Shown: piece after piece, positions 39,530 through 52,175 of the stretch
How the letters are laid out: the number at the start of each line of letters is the position of its first letter
Position numbering within the stretch: the stretch's first letter is position 1
Assembly: GCA_013265495.1 (NCBI GenBank)
Contig: MU058584.1
Location: 5,276,508 to 5,340,507 of the forward strand
Direction: 5' to 3'
Origin: Vicugna vicugna
Lineage: Eukaryota
DNA: 64,000 bases
Program-made: the position numbers and the translations under genes
Notes under the pieces: model-generated
The model's input: the letters and a program-made list of their open reading frames with translations, nothing else
What the model was told of the DNA's origin: nothing
Database searches by the model: none

Positions 39530-39838
39530 AATTCAAGCTCAAGGTGTCAGCAGGTTTGGTTTCTTCTAAAGCCTCTTTCCTTGGCTTGCAGATGGCCACC
39601 TTCTTGCTGTGTCCTCACGTGTCCTTTCCTCTGTGCTGCACACCTGGTGTCCTTCTGTGCATCCAAATCTCCTCTTCTTATGAGAACACCAGTCAGATTG
39701 GATGAAGGCCCACCCTAAAGCCCTCATTTTTATTTACTCACATTCCTACCTACCTCCACATAAAGCTACATTCCAAATATCACCAAATAAAGGGCTTCAA
39801 TATATGAATTTTTAGGGGATGCAGTTCAGCCCAGAACA
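39530..39838 (-). mobile_element. MLT1B/C-like MaLR LTR
   Basis: caaggtgtcagcaggtttggtttcttct...cttggcttgcagatggccaccttc...ggggatgcagttcagcccagaaca. Confidence 0.92.
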
Positions 39839-39909
39839 GTTCCAGTCACCTCTATCACAGGAGCTTAGGGTTCTGTGAATGCCTGGCCCAAACCCATAGG
39901 TTAGCCAGC

Positions 39910-39928
39910 AGGCCAGCAGGTGGCTTGA
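39910..39928 (+). promoter_or_regulatory. Possible CTCF motif
   Basis: ggCCAGCAGGTGGCttg matches the CCASYAGRKGGC core; motif only. Confidence 0.3.
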
Positions 39929-40364
39929 TAAGAAAACTCTGCCCAGTGATGAATAATGGTATTTACTTAGAAAAATCATATTCCTTCTTGAGAACCTGAA
40001 ATGGAAAATATGAAGAAAAGCAGGCAGTTGGACACAGGAAGAAATGCTGAACTGCCGACGCTCTGTCTACATCCCCCCGTCTCGTCCCTCCAGTTTGTAC
40101 CCTGGTGCTCAGCCCAATAAACTCACTGAGTCTGGATTTGGAATAAGATTGATCCTCCCAGCAACTTTTCTTTTTCTTCAGGCAATAGCTGGGCATCTGC
40201 CTCATTTCCTGAACGCCTAGTTCCTTGCTTCTAGTTTATTAAAAGTGAAAGAGCTCCCGTATCTACCTTTGACAATGGCTTCTATTTGGAGGCAGTGAAG
40301 ATAAGGAAAGTATCTGCAGAAACAATGATGACTATTCCCCAGTGAGATGCAAGCTCTATTGGAC

Positions 40365-40893
40365 ACTCCAGTTTCTACCCCTGTGGTACAAACGGCCCCA
40401 GACTTACAGCAAAAACAAAACCAAACCAAAATATTTGATGATGCCCTCATATTCCATGGGTCAGGAACCCAGAAAAGGAAAGCTTGTCTCTGTGCAACAA
40501 TGTCTGGACTCTCAGCTGGGAAGACGTGAAGCCAGGGGATTACTTGATAATCGGACTCTTTTGAAGACTCACTCACTCACATGCCTGGTGGTCGATGCTG
40601 GCTGTTGGCTGGGACCTCAGCTGGGGCAGTTGGCTGGAACACCTACGTGTGGCCTCTGCTTGGGCTTCAGTGCAAAGTGCCTGGGTTTTAAGAATGAGCA
40701 ATCCCAAGAGAATCAGACAGGACACTGTATTGCCATTTATGATCTAGCCTCACTTCTGCTGTGGTCACAAGTCTGCCCAAATTCAAGGAAAGGGAACATA
40801 GACCCTGCCCTCGCAATGGGAGAGGTGTTCAGATCACGTTGTAGAAAGACAGGAAATATTATTGTGGTCATCTTGGAAAATACAGTCACCACA
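40365..40893 (-). mobile_element. MLT1F/G-like MaLR LTR (3' LTR)
   Basis: tgggtcaggaa...ctcactcacatgcctggtggtcgatgctggctgttggctgggacctcagctgggg...ggtcatcttggaaaatacagtcaccaca. Confidence 0.9.
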
Positions 40894-41760
40894 GCGCACC
40901 CTCAGCCCACAATACCTCACATCCTTCCCACCTGCAAAATACACTTATCCTCTCTGCCAAGACCACCAAGTCCCGGCCATCACGACATCAGTTCAAGTCA
41001 TTCAGATCAGGTCCAAGTGTGTATGAGTTCCTTATGGCCAGCAATTTGGGTTCCACTTCTCCAATCTAAACACCAGAGAATTAAATTTAGCCCCCCTATA
41101 CCCAATGTACAATGGCAAGACCTATCCACTGTGGGCACCATTGTTCAAAAAAGGGTGAAACAAGAGGCACATGGCAATCACAGGTCTGCAAGCAGTCCTG
41201 AAATCCAGCTGGGCACATGGGGCCAGTTTTTGATGAGGGTTCAGCTCTGCTGTTTTGTTCTCTGGTTCTTGACTCTTCCCTCAGGTTTCTCAGTTCTGCC
41301 CTTCAAATGCATCATTCCTTTGCACTAAAAATGGCCTGAGTTGGTAGCTGAGTAGTTTTCTCAGCCAGCTCCCTGTCTACAGTGGTTGAGGAGTCCAAAG
41401 TTCTCCTTTTATTTTGTACTGTTTCTGACCCTTTCAATCTAAGCTGAAACAATTCTTTTAAAAATTCTGTGAAACTTTTGGGTACCAATTTATAATTTAC
41501 TCCACTAGACAAAAGCCACAGCCACAACCCTTTGGAGATAGACCTTTCCTTTGATTCCCTTCAAGGCTACCATGGGACAGCACCCTTAAAGATTTCTTGA
41601 ACCCGTTATCATTGAACAGAGAAAGAGGCAAGATTCTAAGAGCTGCTCTGCTGTGAGGGCAGTGAAGCTTTGAGCCCGTATTTCCATTCAATGTCAAAAG
41701 CCACAGGAGGGCTGGAAGCAGTCCTCTACTGGCAGAAGTCAAAGGCAAACCCTCTCGGAG
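40894..41760 (-). mobile_element. MLT1-int (MaLR internal sequence); matching 5' LTR not seen
   Basis: Abuts the LTR through a PPT-like tgagggtgcgc (minus strand); cccacctgcaaaatacactta..., cctgaaatccagctgggcac; far boundary approximate. Confidence 0.8.
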
Positions 41761-42387
41761 GGGGAAGTTTCACCAAGGTAGACCATGAGACATTCAAATC
41801 ATTAAGCTCAAGTAATGGACTAATGAAGATGACCAAGCATACCATTAATGGGGACAGATACAGACACCCAAGTACTGCAGTTGGAATTGTCAGATGAAGA
41901 AAATAGAATTGTTATGCATAAAATATTTAATGGAAGATTGGCTCCAATAACAAAGATGAGCGTATGAGCATCCACCAGCAGTGAACAATTTTAAAATATC
42001 ACTCGACAAGTTGCTTATTTATTAAGAACTGAAAGTACCTCTAAATGGAGAAATCTGATGGACACCAGCTTAACTAAATGATAAAAGTTAACAGCATCAG
42101 TAATGGGACTGTTTGCCATCCTGTGCCTCCTGATAGGATGTACTGAGAAGGATACAATGTTACATATGCAGTATTCCTGTGCCTGAAAAAGTTTAATCAT
42201 GAGGAAGCCATTAGCTGAATCCAACTAACAGACAAAAACAACTGACTTGAATTCTTCAAAATTATCAAGGTGATAAGAGAATTTTTTAAAGGCTTAGGAA
42301 CTGATTTAGATTAAAAAAAATCAGGACAACTAATGGAATAAATGATTCTTGATTTTATCCTGGATTGAAAACATAATAAAAACATTG

Positions 42388-43692
42388 TTTCTTCCAGTTT
42401 TATTGAGATATAATTGATATATAGCACTATGTAGTTTGAAAGTGTACAGCATAATGATTTGACTTATATACATCATTAAATGATGATCATAATAAGCATA
42501 GTGACCATCCATCATCTCACAGATACATAATTAAAGAAGGAAAAAAGTTTTTCTTGTGTTGAGAACTCCTAGGATTTACACTCTTAACTTTCATAGATAA
42601 CTTACAGCAGTGTTAACAATGTTCATCATGTTGTCCATTACATCTTCAGTACTTATCTTTTTTTAATTGAAGGATAGTCAATTTACAATGTTGTGTCAAT
42701 TTTGTAGACATGATAGTGATTCATTTATACATAAATATTTATATTCTTTTTCATTATAGGTCATTACAAGGCATTGAATATAGTTCCCTGTGCTATACAA
42801 TAGGACCCTGTTTATCTATTTTTTATATAGTAGTTAGTAATCCACAAATCCTGAACTCTCAATTTATCCCTCCCCACTCGCTTTCCCCCCAGTAACCATA
42901 AGTTTGTTTTCTATGTCTGTCTCTGTTTTGTAAACAAGTTCATTTTGTGTCTTAAATTAAGATTCCACATACAAGTGATATCGTGGCTATTTCTCTTACA
43001 TCTAGAAGTTTGTACGGTTTAACTGCCTTTATCCAATTCCCTCACCTCCCATACCTCACCACTGGTAACAAAAAATATGAACTTTTTCTATGAGTTTGTT
43101 TGTTTTTGAAGTAAAATTGACCTACAACACTGTTAGTTTCTGTCACGCAACATAGTGATTTACTGTTTCTATACATTTCAAAATGATCGCCATGATGTCT
43201 AGTTATGCCACGTCACCGTACAAAGATGTCATGTAGTTACTGACTATATTCCCGACACTGTACATTTCATACCCATGACTCATTTATTTTGCAACTGGAA
43301 GCTTGTACCTCTTAATCTCCCTCACCTTTTTCTTTCCTGTTTCCCCCTCCCCCTCCCCTCTGTCAACCACCTGTTTGTTCTCTGTACCTATAACTGTCTC
43401 TGTTTTGTTGCATTTGTTCATTTGTTTTTTAGATTCCACATATAAGTGAAATCATACCATAGCTGCCTTTCTCTGTCTGGCTTATTTCACTTAGCATAAT
43501 ATCCCTTAGGTCCATCTCTGTTGTCACAAATGGCAAGATTTCATTCTTTTTTGTGGCTTAGTAATATTCTATTGAATATATATACCACATCTTTTTTATC
43601 TGTTTATCTACTAATGGGTACTTGAGTTGCTTCCATATCTTGGCTATTGTAACTAACGCTACAATGAACATAGGGGTGCATATGTCTTTTCT
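42388..43692 (-). mobile_element. Laurasiatherian L1 (L1MA-derived) 3' end, itself interrupted at about 42657-42990
   Basis: ccagttttattgagatataattga...gattccacatataagtgaaatcatac...tatcttggctattgtaactaacgctacaatgaacataggggtgcatatgtcttt. Confidence 0.92.
42657..42990 (-). mobile_element. Younger L1 3' end nested in an older L1
   Basis: ttttttaattgaaggatagtcaatttacaatgttgtgtcaat...ttgaatatagttccctgtgctataca...gattccacatacaagtgatatc. Confidence 0.9.
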
Positions 43693-45050
43693 AAAAATTG
43701 GGACAATTAAGTATGTTTGAATCTGCTCTATATGTTAAATAATATTATGTTTTCAATGTTAGATTTCCTGAACATGATACTTTCACTGTTGTTATGTAGA
43801 AGAAGGTCCTTGTTTTTAGAAGACAAGTGTTAAGATACTTAGGATAACAGTAATTGAATTTTCTGTGAAAAGAACTTTCAGATGGCTCACCAAAAAAAGT
43901 ATCTGTGTAAATGTGCACACGTGTGGAAAGGAAGAAATAAAACAAATGTGGCAAAGTGTTAACTGATGAATCTTGAAAAAGGGTAAATGAGCATTTATTG
44001 TGCTATTCTTACAACTTTCTGTAGGTTTGAATTTTTTAAAAAAAAATTAACAACTACAAAGAATAAGTAGCATGTACTACATTAATTATGCATATCAACA
44101 CTCCCCCAGATATGTTGGGGCATCTTTTTGCAGGCCAAAGCAAAGCTTTTTACTACTCATTTTTTGGCAAAGCTCAGCAAGATGAGGTAACTTTCCCAAG
44201 GTCACAAGGAAAAGTGTTAAATAAAGTATCAAATGAGCAGAAATCAGAAAGCCAAAAATTCAAGCACTTTTCCCCATATTTCCAAAATTTCCCTACCCAC
44301 ATGAACATACTTCCTTCATCCCTGACTAAATAGGAAAATTCAAATAAAGGATTCTGCCTCTTAGATCATTAATTAGTGAGTTATATAGATTAAAAGATGA
44401 GTTCTGGAAGAGAATATATAAAAATAAATGGAATTAGGTGTGCTGAGATGGTGTGATTCAAATTGATATTCTCTGGCATTTTTCTTTCATTATCCTTTAA
44501 TGTTTGGCCAGGAAGAACACGAGAAAAGAGGTTAGCACCGCTATGAATTCCTGCCATCAACCACCAATTGAGGGAGTCCCTGGAGCAGGACACCTCTCAG
44601 ATTTCAGTGTCCCTCAGTACACATTTTCCTTTCCTTTCATTCATCACCTGCATGTACCATGTCCTGCAAATCCCAGCAATCTGGCATCTGTGGGTCACCG
44701 GTCAGCTCAGGTCCTTTGGACCTGATCTCATGCCTGTGGCAAGTCTCACTGCGACTTAAAAGCCTCGGGGACGGCAGACTAGGGGGTGGCCTCGGGACAC
44801 TATAGAGCCAAAAGAGTGCTCTGTAGTCCTGTTGCCTGGAAAAATCTTTGTACTTGCATGGCTTGAGGAGACAGGACTGTTAGAGACATAAGATTATTTT
44901 ACTTTCTCTTTCTCTCTCTCTCTCCCTCCCCAAATAACAATTCCTATTTTGTCTTCCCAGACTCAAGGCTCAGGCTCAGGTTTGAGCTTTTTCCTTCTTG
45001 CTTCTTTTAGTTAGAGGTGATCACCTTCAAGTTCTGCTTTGACAGTCATG

Positions 45051-45052
<2 letters not shown>

Positions 45053-45081
<29 letters not shown>
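45053..45081. repeat. (GT)14 microsatellite
   Basis: Direct reading. Confidence 0.97.
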
Positions 45082-47319
45082 ATACATTCAATAGCACTTT
45101 TAGAAAATCTGTTCAGTTTTCTAGTTAGCCTAAAATGGCTTGTCATGGAAGAGATACCAAATGTCCCAGGAAACAGAGACTGATATCTTCAGAGATTCTT
45201 TAACTCCAAGGTCTTGCCAAAAGTTGACTCTCACCAGAACAAAGATACCAGTAGACTCTAGAACTATCAGTATTAGAAAAATTCTCTCCTCATGGTTCAA
45301 GTTGCAGAGCAAAAGCGAAGGACCTGGAGTCAGACAGGCAGCACTGCCCTGAGTACTCACCAGTGAGAAAGAGACGACTCGTGGTGACTCAGTTTACGTT
45401 CTAGTTCTCGCTCCTTCCTTGACTTCTCTCTCAGTCCCCGACTGCCTGGGTTGCCTGGGATATTCACAGGATTCCTCACCAAGGAAAAGTACATTGCAGG
45501 GAGCACGGTGGTACAATGAACACTAATAGAGGACCTAAAAAGCTGAACCAATAGAGAAATCTGACTGGTAAGAGAGTGCAGGATTTTGCGTGGCCAACAT
45601 AGGGATGTGCAGTGTGGAGCTGATATTTCTCTTTCTACTTCTGCCTCGGGGAGAAAAGTGAGGCACAAGAATGACAGACAGGAATGATCTGCTTGGTCTA
45701 CTTCCCTCTCCTGCACAGTCATTCCTCTGGTAGCAGAGGAATCATAACTAAGTCACAACTACCATCACCAAGGGACTTGGACACTCAGTGAACTGCAGAT
45801 CCAGGCTCTGCTTAAGCTTTGTTACTGTTTCTTCATCAACTCAGAGTGAGAGGAAAAGTAAATCAAATGTCATGGTCCTTATCATTACCTCTTAATTCTA
45901 AAAATAACTTTGATCTCCTGAAGTGTGCTAGGTGGGGCTGGAGATGCAGAAATAAGCGGGGCACGTCCCTTCTCTCTAGTTGCTCAGCGTACAGTGAAGA
46001 TGCACCTGCATGAAACCAGGGCAATAAACCAATTTAAAAAACGAGACACAGACAATTCAGACAACATAGCTGATAAAATGCATAAGACAGCATCCCAGCG
46101 AGTATGGGAAGAAAGAGGGTCCAACCTAGGAACTAGAGAAGGAACATCATTCCCTGGAGACAGGAGGGAAAGAGGGAAGGATGAATAATTATGCAGCATG
46201 GATGACAGCAAGGTCACCAAAAAGAAATAATTTAGAATCATTAGATTAAGGATTGTGGAAGGAAAGTACTTAATTATAGTTAGGAGTTATTTCTTTAGGT
46301 CATGCCCTCTAGATATAGTCTTCTTACGGTTGATGATTATTACCTCTGAGGTTAAAAATTTTTATACAAATTCCACTGTTTTTTAAAATATAATTCATTA
46401 TTTATATAATGGGATAAGGCAATGAGTTATTTAATTTATTCCCAAAATATAAGCATAAGGATGAAACCTGAGGAATGAACTAAAGAAATACAAACGTCTA
46501 GGTCAAATGCCTTCTGTCACTAGATTTGCTAGTTTAACCACAAGTCAGTAAATTGGGTCTTCTAGGCCCGAGTTGTGTATTGACCCTAAGCCCCGTTCTG
46601 CAGACGTCCTGCAAATCCAATGAGACATCAAAGTTAGAGCTGCTTTTGCTTGAGGGTCTCAAAGTCTTTGACCAGCTGGTCACAATTATGTTAGATTTTT
46701 AGCTTTTCTGTCATCAGAATTAAGGTACCAGTAGACTCAGTATTGAATAAACTATCCATGTTATTAAAAAAAAAAATCCCTCCTTGGGGTTCACGTTGTA
46801 GAGGAAAAGAAAAGAATGTGGAGCCAGATTCAGAACCTGCCCTTGACTGTCTCACCAGTGAGAAGGGGACTCCTCGTGGTAACCCAGTTTACGATCCATC
46901 TCTCATAACTGTGACTTCTTTCTCTGTCCCAGATTGCCAGTTAGTTCAGAACTTCTAGTCCCTTCCAGGTATTCTAAAAGGTGTTTGCTCTTTTTCGCTT
47001 AACATTTTAATTCAATTTGAACATCAGCCAATGTCGGACCAAAAAAAAATAGTTTTAAAGGGAGATGCAAAATATAGAATCCCCACTGAGAGCTAGTTCT
47101 TCTCTTTTCTTCCTCAGATTTTCTGAGTATCAGGAGATCTTAAAAAATAGACTAGTGGGTGTTCCATGAGTGATTCTGGCCCAGCAATTTCCATCTCTGG
47201 CATCCTCGCCACCGTAGTTAGTTAGTGTCTACTCAGGAGTTTCTCTGCTACTGAGCAGATTGGATTTCAAAAAGTTGTTCACAAGTCCACTTGCTCATAA
47301 ATATGTAGTGAAGCTACAC

Positions 47320-47552
47320 AGTCACCAATGTGCATATAATAGAGCCCAACTTCCTGGGTTCATAGCCCAACTCTGCCATTTACTACCTGTGACCTGGCTA
47401 CCTAACCTCCCTGTGCTGCAGTTTTCTCATCTTTAAGATGGAGGAGGGGGTGATAATAGTATCTCCTTAATGTGAGAAATATATAAATTCACTCATATAC
47501 TCAGAATGGCACCTAACACATGAAAAATGTGCAATAATTGTCAACATTATCA
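47320..47552 (+). mobile_element. MIR SINE
   Basis: cctgggttcatagcccaactctgccatttactacctgtgacct...cctaacctccctgtgctgcagttttctcatctttaagatgg. Confidence 0.9.
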
Positions 47553-47867
47553 GTTAGCTATAAAAAACCTACATTTCTTCAGAGAACGGTAAATACTGAT
47601 GGCATCAGTTCCAACACTTCTTTTTATCTCAGATCTCTTAAAGGATGTTCCTATTTTGTCTGTTCTCACTGCATATAAAATTTATAAGAGGCTAGATCTT
47701 CAACTGCTAAGGAGATTTTAAAAATCTCTCTAATTTAGGATCCTGATATCTGAACAATGAAAGTGTATTTTTAATAAAACTTACTGGCTGTCATAGCAAA
47801 GTGGTATTAGATTTTACAGGGGGTTTTTTAGCCCATTCTTTTTGGTTTTCTTTACCTTTCAAAAAAA

Positions 47868-48120
47868 GGGAATGGACAGACTGGGAGTTCAAAATTTGTA
47901 GATACTGACAGGCATATGCAGAATAGATAAACAAGATTATACTGTATAGCATGGGGAAATATATACAAGATCTTGTGGTAGCTCACAGCAAAAAAAAATG
48001 TGACAGTGAATCTATGTATGTTCATGTATAACTGAAAAATTGTGCTCTACACTGGAATTTGACACAACATTGCAAAATGACTATAACTCAATAAAAAAAA
48101 AAAGTTAAAAAACAAAAAAG
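47868..48120 (+). mobile_element. Short young L1 3'UTR with polyA
   Basis: gactgggagttcaaaatttgtagatac...tgtgctctacactggaatttgacacaacattg...caataaaaaa; possible TSD aaaaaag at 47862 and 48114. Confidence 0.95.
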
Positions 48121-48404
48121 CAAAGCCCAGCAAATACACCTTAAGCCATGATTGACTGCAAAACTATAATGGCCACAGATGACTGCTAATAATGCCTGTT
48201 GGTAGGGACAGAGTTGATATGCATAGCTTTGTGTCTATAAAAATAAGTTGAAAGTTCACACATAGATGTTCTGTACTAAAATAGAGTTGGAAAATATATG
48301 TTTGTCTAAAAACTATGTAGACTTTGTATATCGCCAGTGCCCAGAGGAGTGCATGGCATAAATAGATACGCAATAAACAGCTGTTGTTGAATGAGTGGAT
48401 GGCA

Positions 48405-48575
48405 AGCACTTGGTGAGCACTCTTTGTATATTATTTCTAATCCTTAAACAAAAAGAGGGTAGGATTATTATCTGCATTCTATAGATAAGGAAACTGAAAC
48501 TCGGGCTGATTAAATAACCTGTCCAGGTGGCAGAGCCATGACCTGAGCACCCAGCCATCCGACTCTAAAGGCTTC
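48405..48575 (-). mobile_element. MIR SINE
   Basis: taggattattatctgcattctatagataaggaaactgaaactcggg...ttaaataacctgtccagg. Confidence 0.85.
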
Positions 48576-49073
48576 CTTTTCCACAGTTCCTGCAGCAGAG
48601 GGAAGAGGTACCCGTCTGAGGTGTCATGCTGGAGAGATGGATCACGGTCAGTTAACAGAAGGCACCTGAATCCGTTTGAGTGAACGCTCCCGGCCCCCAT
48701 CAGTTCACAGAACGAAGCAGAAGCACAAGACACCACATCCGAGCTGGAGTGAGAGGAAGAGCCCAAGTGCGCCGACCAATCCCAGGTGAGAGCTAGAAGG
48801 GCTGACAGGAGAGGAGGGGACCCAGCCTAGATTTATCTGCAACGAGACCAGGGAGGCGGAGCTTCCTTTACTTCCGTTGGATTTGTTTATTAATTAATGG
48901 CTTCTTCATTTTCCTGATTCTGAAAGGAATAGATTCTCATGAAAAATTTGTTTCAGGCTAACTAGGAAAATATTTTTAAAACATTAAAATTGTCTCTGAT
49001 TCCACCACATGGAGTTAATATTGTACTGTGTAACTTTCCACATTTTTCTTCTGTGTGTGCGTGTATATACTTA

Positions 49074-49211
49074 TTTTTTTTAATTGAAGCATAGTTGATT
49101 AACAATGCTGTTTTATTTTCTGGTGTACAGCATAGTGATTCAGTTTTATACATATATTCTTTTTCATTATAGGTTATTACAAGTTATTGAATATAGTTCC
49201 CTGCGCTGTAC
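49074..49211 (-). mobile_element. Short L1 3' end
   Basis: tttttaattgaagcatagttgattaacaat...ggtgtacagcatagtgattcagt...ttgaatatagttccctgcgctgtac. Confidence 0.93.
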
Positions 49212-49828
49212 TTTTTTCATGCACACAGCAGGACCCCTTTGGAAAGCCCAGTGCTGCACCCCACAGACCTGCCTCTGTTTGTCCTAATAGCACAACAGAA
49301 GTTCAAACCTGCTTTCTGACACTCAGAGCTTCAATATTCATTTATAAAATGAGAATAAGATCACAACTCCTCTACCTACCCCTGCCTAAGTACAAGTTAG
49401 GTATTTTTTATTTTAAATGAAATTATCTACATCCTTTGGGATTTAGGGGATGTTTTCTATTTCAAAATTAAGGTGCACAATTCTTACTACAGTCCTCCTC
49501 TGCTAATGTTGACACAGAAGTTATAAAAAGTGAAGCCAAACAATGAACATGTATACTTATTTCAAAATATTATTTTAAATACTCACCTGAAGACACACAA
49601 GCTCATGACTTATTAAAGGCACACTGATAAAGACCTCGTGTGAAATTTGAGCTGTTGGAGATCCAGCTGGAAATCATCTTTAGGTGTAAGTCTTTAGTAT
49701 GTAGCATTCAGTATAAATCAAACCAGTCTTCGGATAAATACAGTAATGTGATTCTTTTTACTTTGTTTAAGTAAACATGCTTATTGTATTTCTCTATCTG
49801 TCCTCTGTCATGACAGTGTTTTTGTTGA

Positions 49829-49847
49829 ACTGCAACAGGTGGCGCTT
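49829..49847 (+). promoter_or_regulatory. Candidate CTCF binding site
   Basis: actGCAACAGGTGGCGCTt; core CAGGTGGCGC with an intact CpG, in non-repeat DNA. Confidence 0.5.
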
Positions 49848-50271
49848 ATAAGTGTGCTGTCACACCCAGGGGAGGCATGGTAAAGCCAGCCGAGGAGGCG
49901 GACTGGCCCGAGGAGGAGGGCAGCTCCACGTGCAGCATGTCAACCTGAGACACACAAGAGGTGAGCAGCCTGTTGTACGGTGTCTGATTTTCAAAAGGTG
50001 AAATGCTTTCTACATTCAGACTGCCCAGGTATAAATCTCCGATCCACACCTAACTAACCTGAAACTTTAAGTTGGTGTAAAATCAGGTCATAATAGGGCG
50101 GTGGTGAGCCTGAAGGAGCCAACAGCTGAAGAATTTGCCAGGTAGCCAGGTGTGGTCAATATTCAGCAGATGCTGGCTAGAAAGAGGATGAAATAATTTC
50201 CCTGCCGTTGTTTCGAATGAGTGTCATATGTTCCCAGTACTACAGAGAACGTAAAGAGAAAGTTCCTGCCG

Positions 50272-50420
50272 TGTATTGAGCATTGTCAACCAGGAGGTCG
50301 AGTCCTTTATTTACACTGTATTATTTAATCCTGACAACAACTCTTAAGCTTTTGTTAACCCCATTCTTCAGATAAGAAAACTGAGACTCAGGTGAAATTT
50401 GTTCAGTGTCACAACACCTG
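50272..50420 (-). mobile_element. MIR SINE
   Basis: tattatttaatcctgacaacaactct...ccccattcttcagataagaaaactgagactcag. Confidence 0.88.
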
Positions 50421-50539
50421 AAAAGTCCTTTCCCTAAAGAAAAAAAAGAAAAAGGTGCATATATATCTGTTAAGTCCCTCACTAGATATGTACTTACCCA
50501 ACCTATGTGAGCCAAGTACATTCTATCTAAATCTTTATG

Positions 50540-50860
50540 ACACCCAGTGTTGATGAGGGTGTACAGAAACAGAGACACAACTGCAAATATCTATCAAAAA
50601 CATGTGATGTCTACGCCCTTTAACCCAACAGCTCTAATGGTAGGAATTTACGTATCTATTGGAACAAATATGCCAAGTTGCAAAGTACCACGATAATTGT
50701 TACAACATTGTTTGTAACACCAAAATGTGATACCAAAATAAAAGTCTTTCAGTATGGAGCTAAACAAAGGTATACTGTACAAATAGTGAGATACCACGTA
50801 GCCTTTAGAGGAATGGGCTAGATAGAAAAGGTATCCAAGACATATATTTTGAGTGGGATT
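50540..50860 (+). mobile_element. L1ME-type ORF2 3' fragment
   Basis: cccagtgttgatgagggtgtacagaaac...ccctttaacccaacagctc...taggaattta...acattgtttgtaac. Confidence 0.75.
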
Positions 50861-51944
50861 GTAATCATGTATCAGCTCTAAGTTCAATGGACAAAAAAAT
50901 CTTTATGAACGGAGACAACCAAAGGTTGTCAGAGAAAATGAGGCTTGATTTGTGTCTCAAATGAAAACTGAAATTATTTTGTCTAGGCTGAGGGAAAAGA
51001 GGAAGGACAAGGGAAGACTGCTGTGTAGTAGAAAGACTGCTGGTCTTAGAGTTCAGACCTTGGTTTTCACGTCAAAACCAAGGCAGGGTCTCCCAGAGCT
51101 TTTAGACAGAAGCACCCAGACTGACAGAGAAAAGATGCCTTCCCCAGGAGCATACAAGGTGGTGACTGGGAGGAGAGATTTCTTTTGAAGTCTCAAGTTC
51201 CCTAGCTCTGACTCCGGCTGGTGGACACTATGTTTCTTCACTGAGAGTGACAAATTAGGAATGCTGGACTGAATTGGAGAGCTGGTTCAGCACATCAGGT
51301 TCAGTGTATAATTTCTTTTTTCTTCCTTAGAGACAGTCTTTCAATGTCCCAGGCTCATATAATTATAAGCACAAAAATATTAGAAAGTAAAAACTAAGAA
51401 TCAAGAGCTATATTAGCAGATAGTTGAACTTGTTAAAGCCAGTGATTTTTAATTTCTTTTTTACTTGTTTATACATGGTTTTTACAAGGTGATTAATTTT
51501 TCATGAAATGAACTCTGGTAGGAGGCTTCCTCAGGAAGGGCCAACCGCTTCTGTAATTTATCTGATTTATAGTAGGATTCTGTGTTAAACACTATCTGAA
51601 AAATAAATTCATGGCTCATAAAGGAAAGGATTAAAAACTGCAGCTTGAGAGACCACCTAGTAATCCTTAGGCAAGGTCTCTACTCCATGAGCAGGTAACA
51701 ACAGTAAATGGTAGGGTCTGGGGTCATTTGGGTCATTGAAGGCTCCAAAAGAGCTTTTCCCCGAGATGTAACTGAGATTGAAAAAACACACAGTGCACAT
51801 TTGCAACTAGCAAATGAACTATGGTGACTGATAAACACATGTATTAGCAAAGAACTTTCCGAGCAAAGATTCTCAGTAGAATGCATCAATGCCCTCATTA
51901 AGCCCACATCTAGGAAGGCAGCCTGGGAAAACGGAACGAACAGG

Positions 51945-52175
51945 GAGAGCACTGGAAAGGGAGGGGGCTCTGAAATCAGGCAGGCCTGAGTGCAACAAGC
52001 TACGGGACCTTAGCCCAAAGCTTAGTTACATAAGCATTCGACACCTAGCTTTCTCCACCCCAAGACACCGAAAGCAAGAACCACTTCACGGATCTGCTAT
52101 GAGCATTTTCCATGATATAGTTATAGAGCCTGATACAGAATAGGTGTCAAAAAAAAAAAAACTAGTTATTATTAG
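51945..52175 (+). mobile_element. MIR SINE (degraded)
   Basis: gggctctgaaatcaggcaggcctgagtgcaa...agagcctgatacagaataggtgtcaa...tagttattatta. Confidence 0.65.

Larger units (their letters stand above)
41995..44048 (+). mobile_element. L1MC/ME 3' end split by nested L1s (41995-42387 and 43693-44048)
   Basis: tggagaaatctgatggacacc...ttaactaaatgataaaagttaacagcatcagtaatgggac... | ttgggacaatt...tcaatgttagatttcctga...tgctattcttacaactttctgtaggtttgaa. Confidence 0.9.

Noticed and set aside
47095..47117. Isolated strong splice signals (acceptors near 23388 and 47117, donor near 34883)
   Set aside because: No convincing partner site or open frame; such sites are common by chance.
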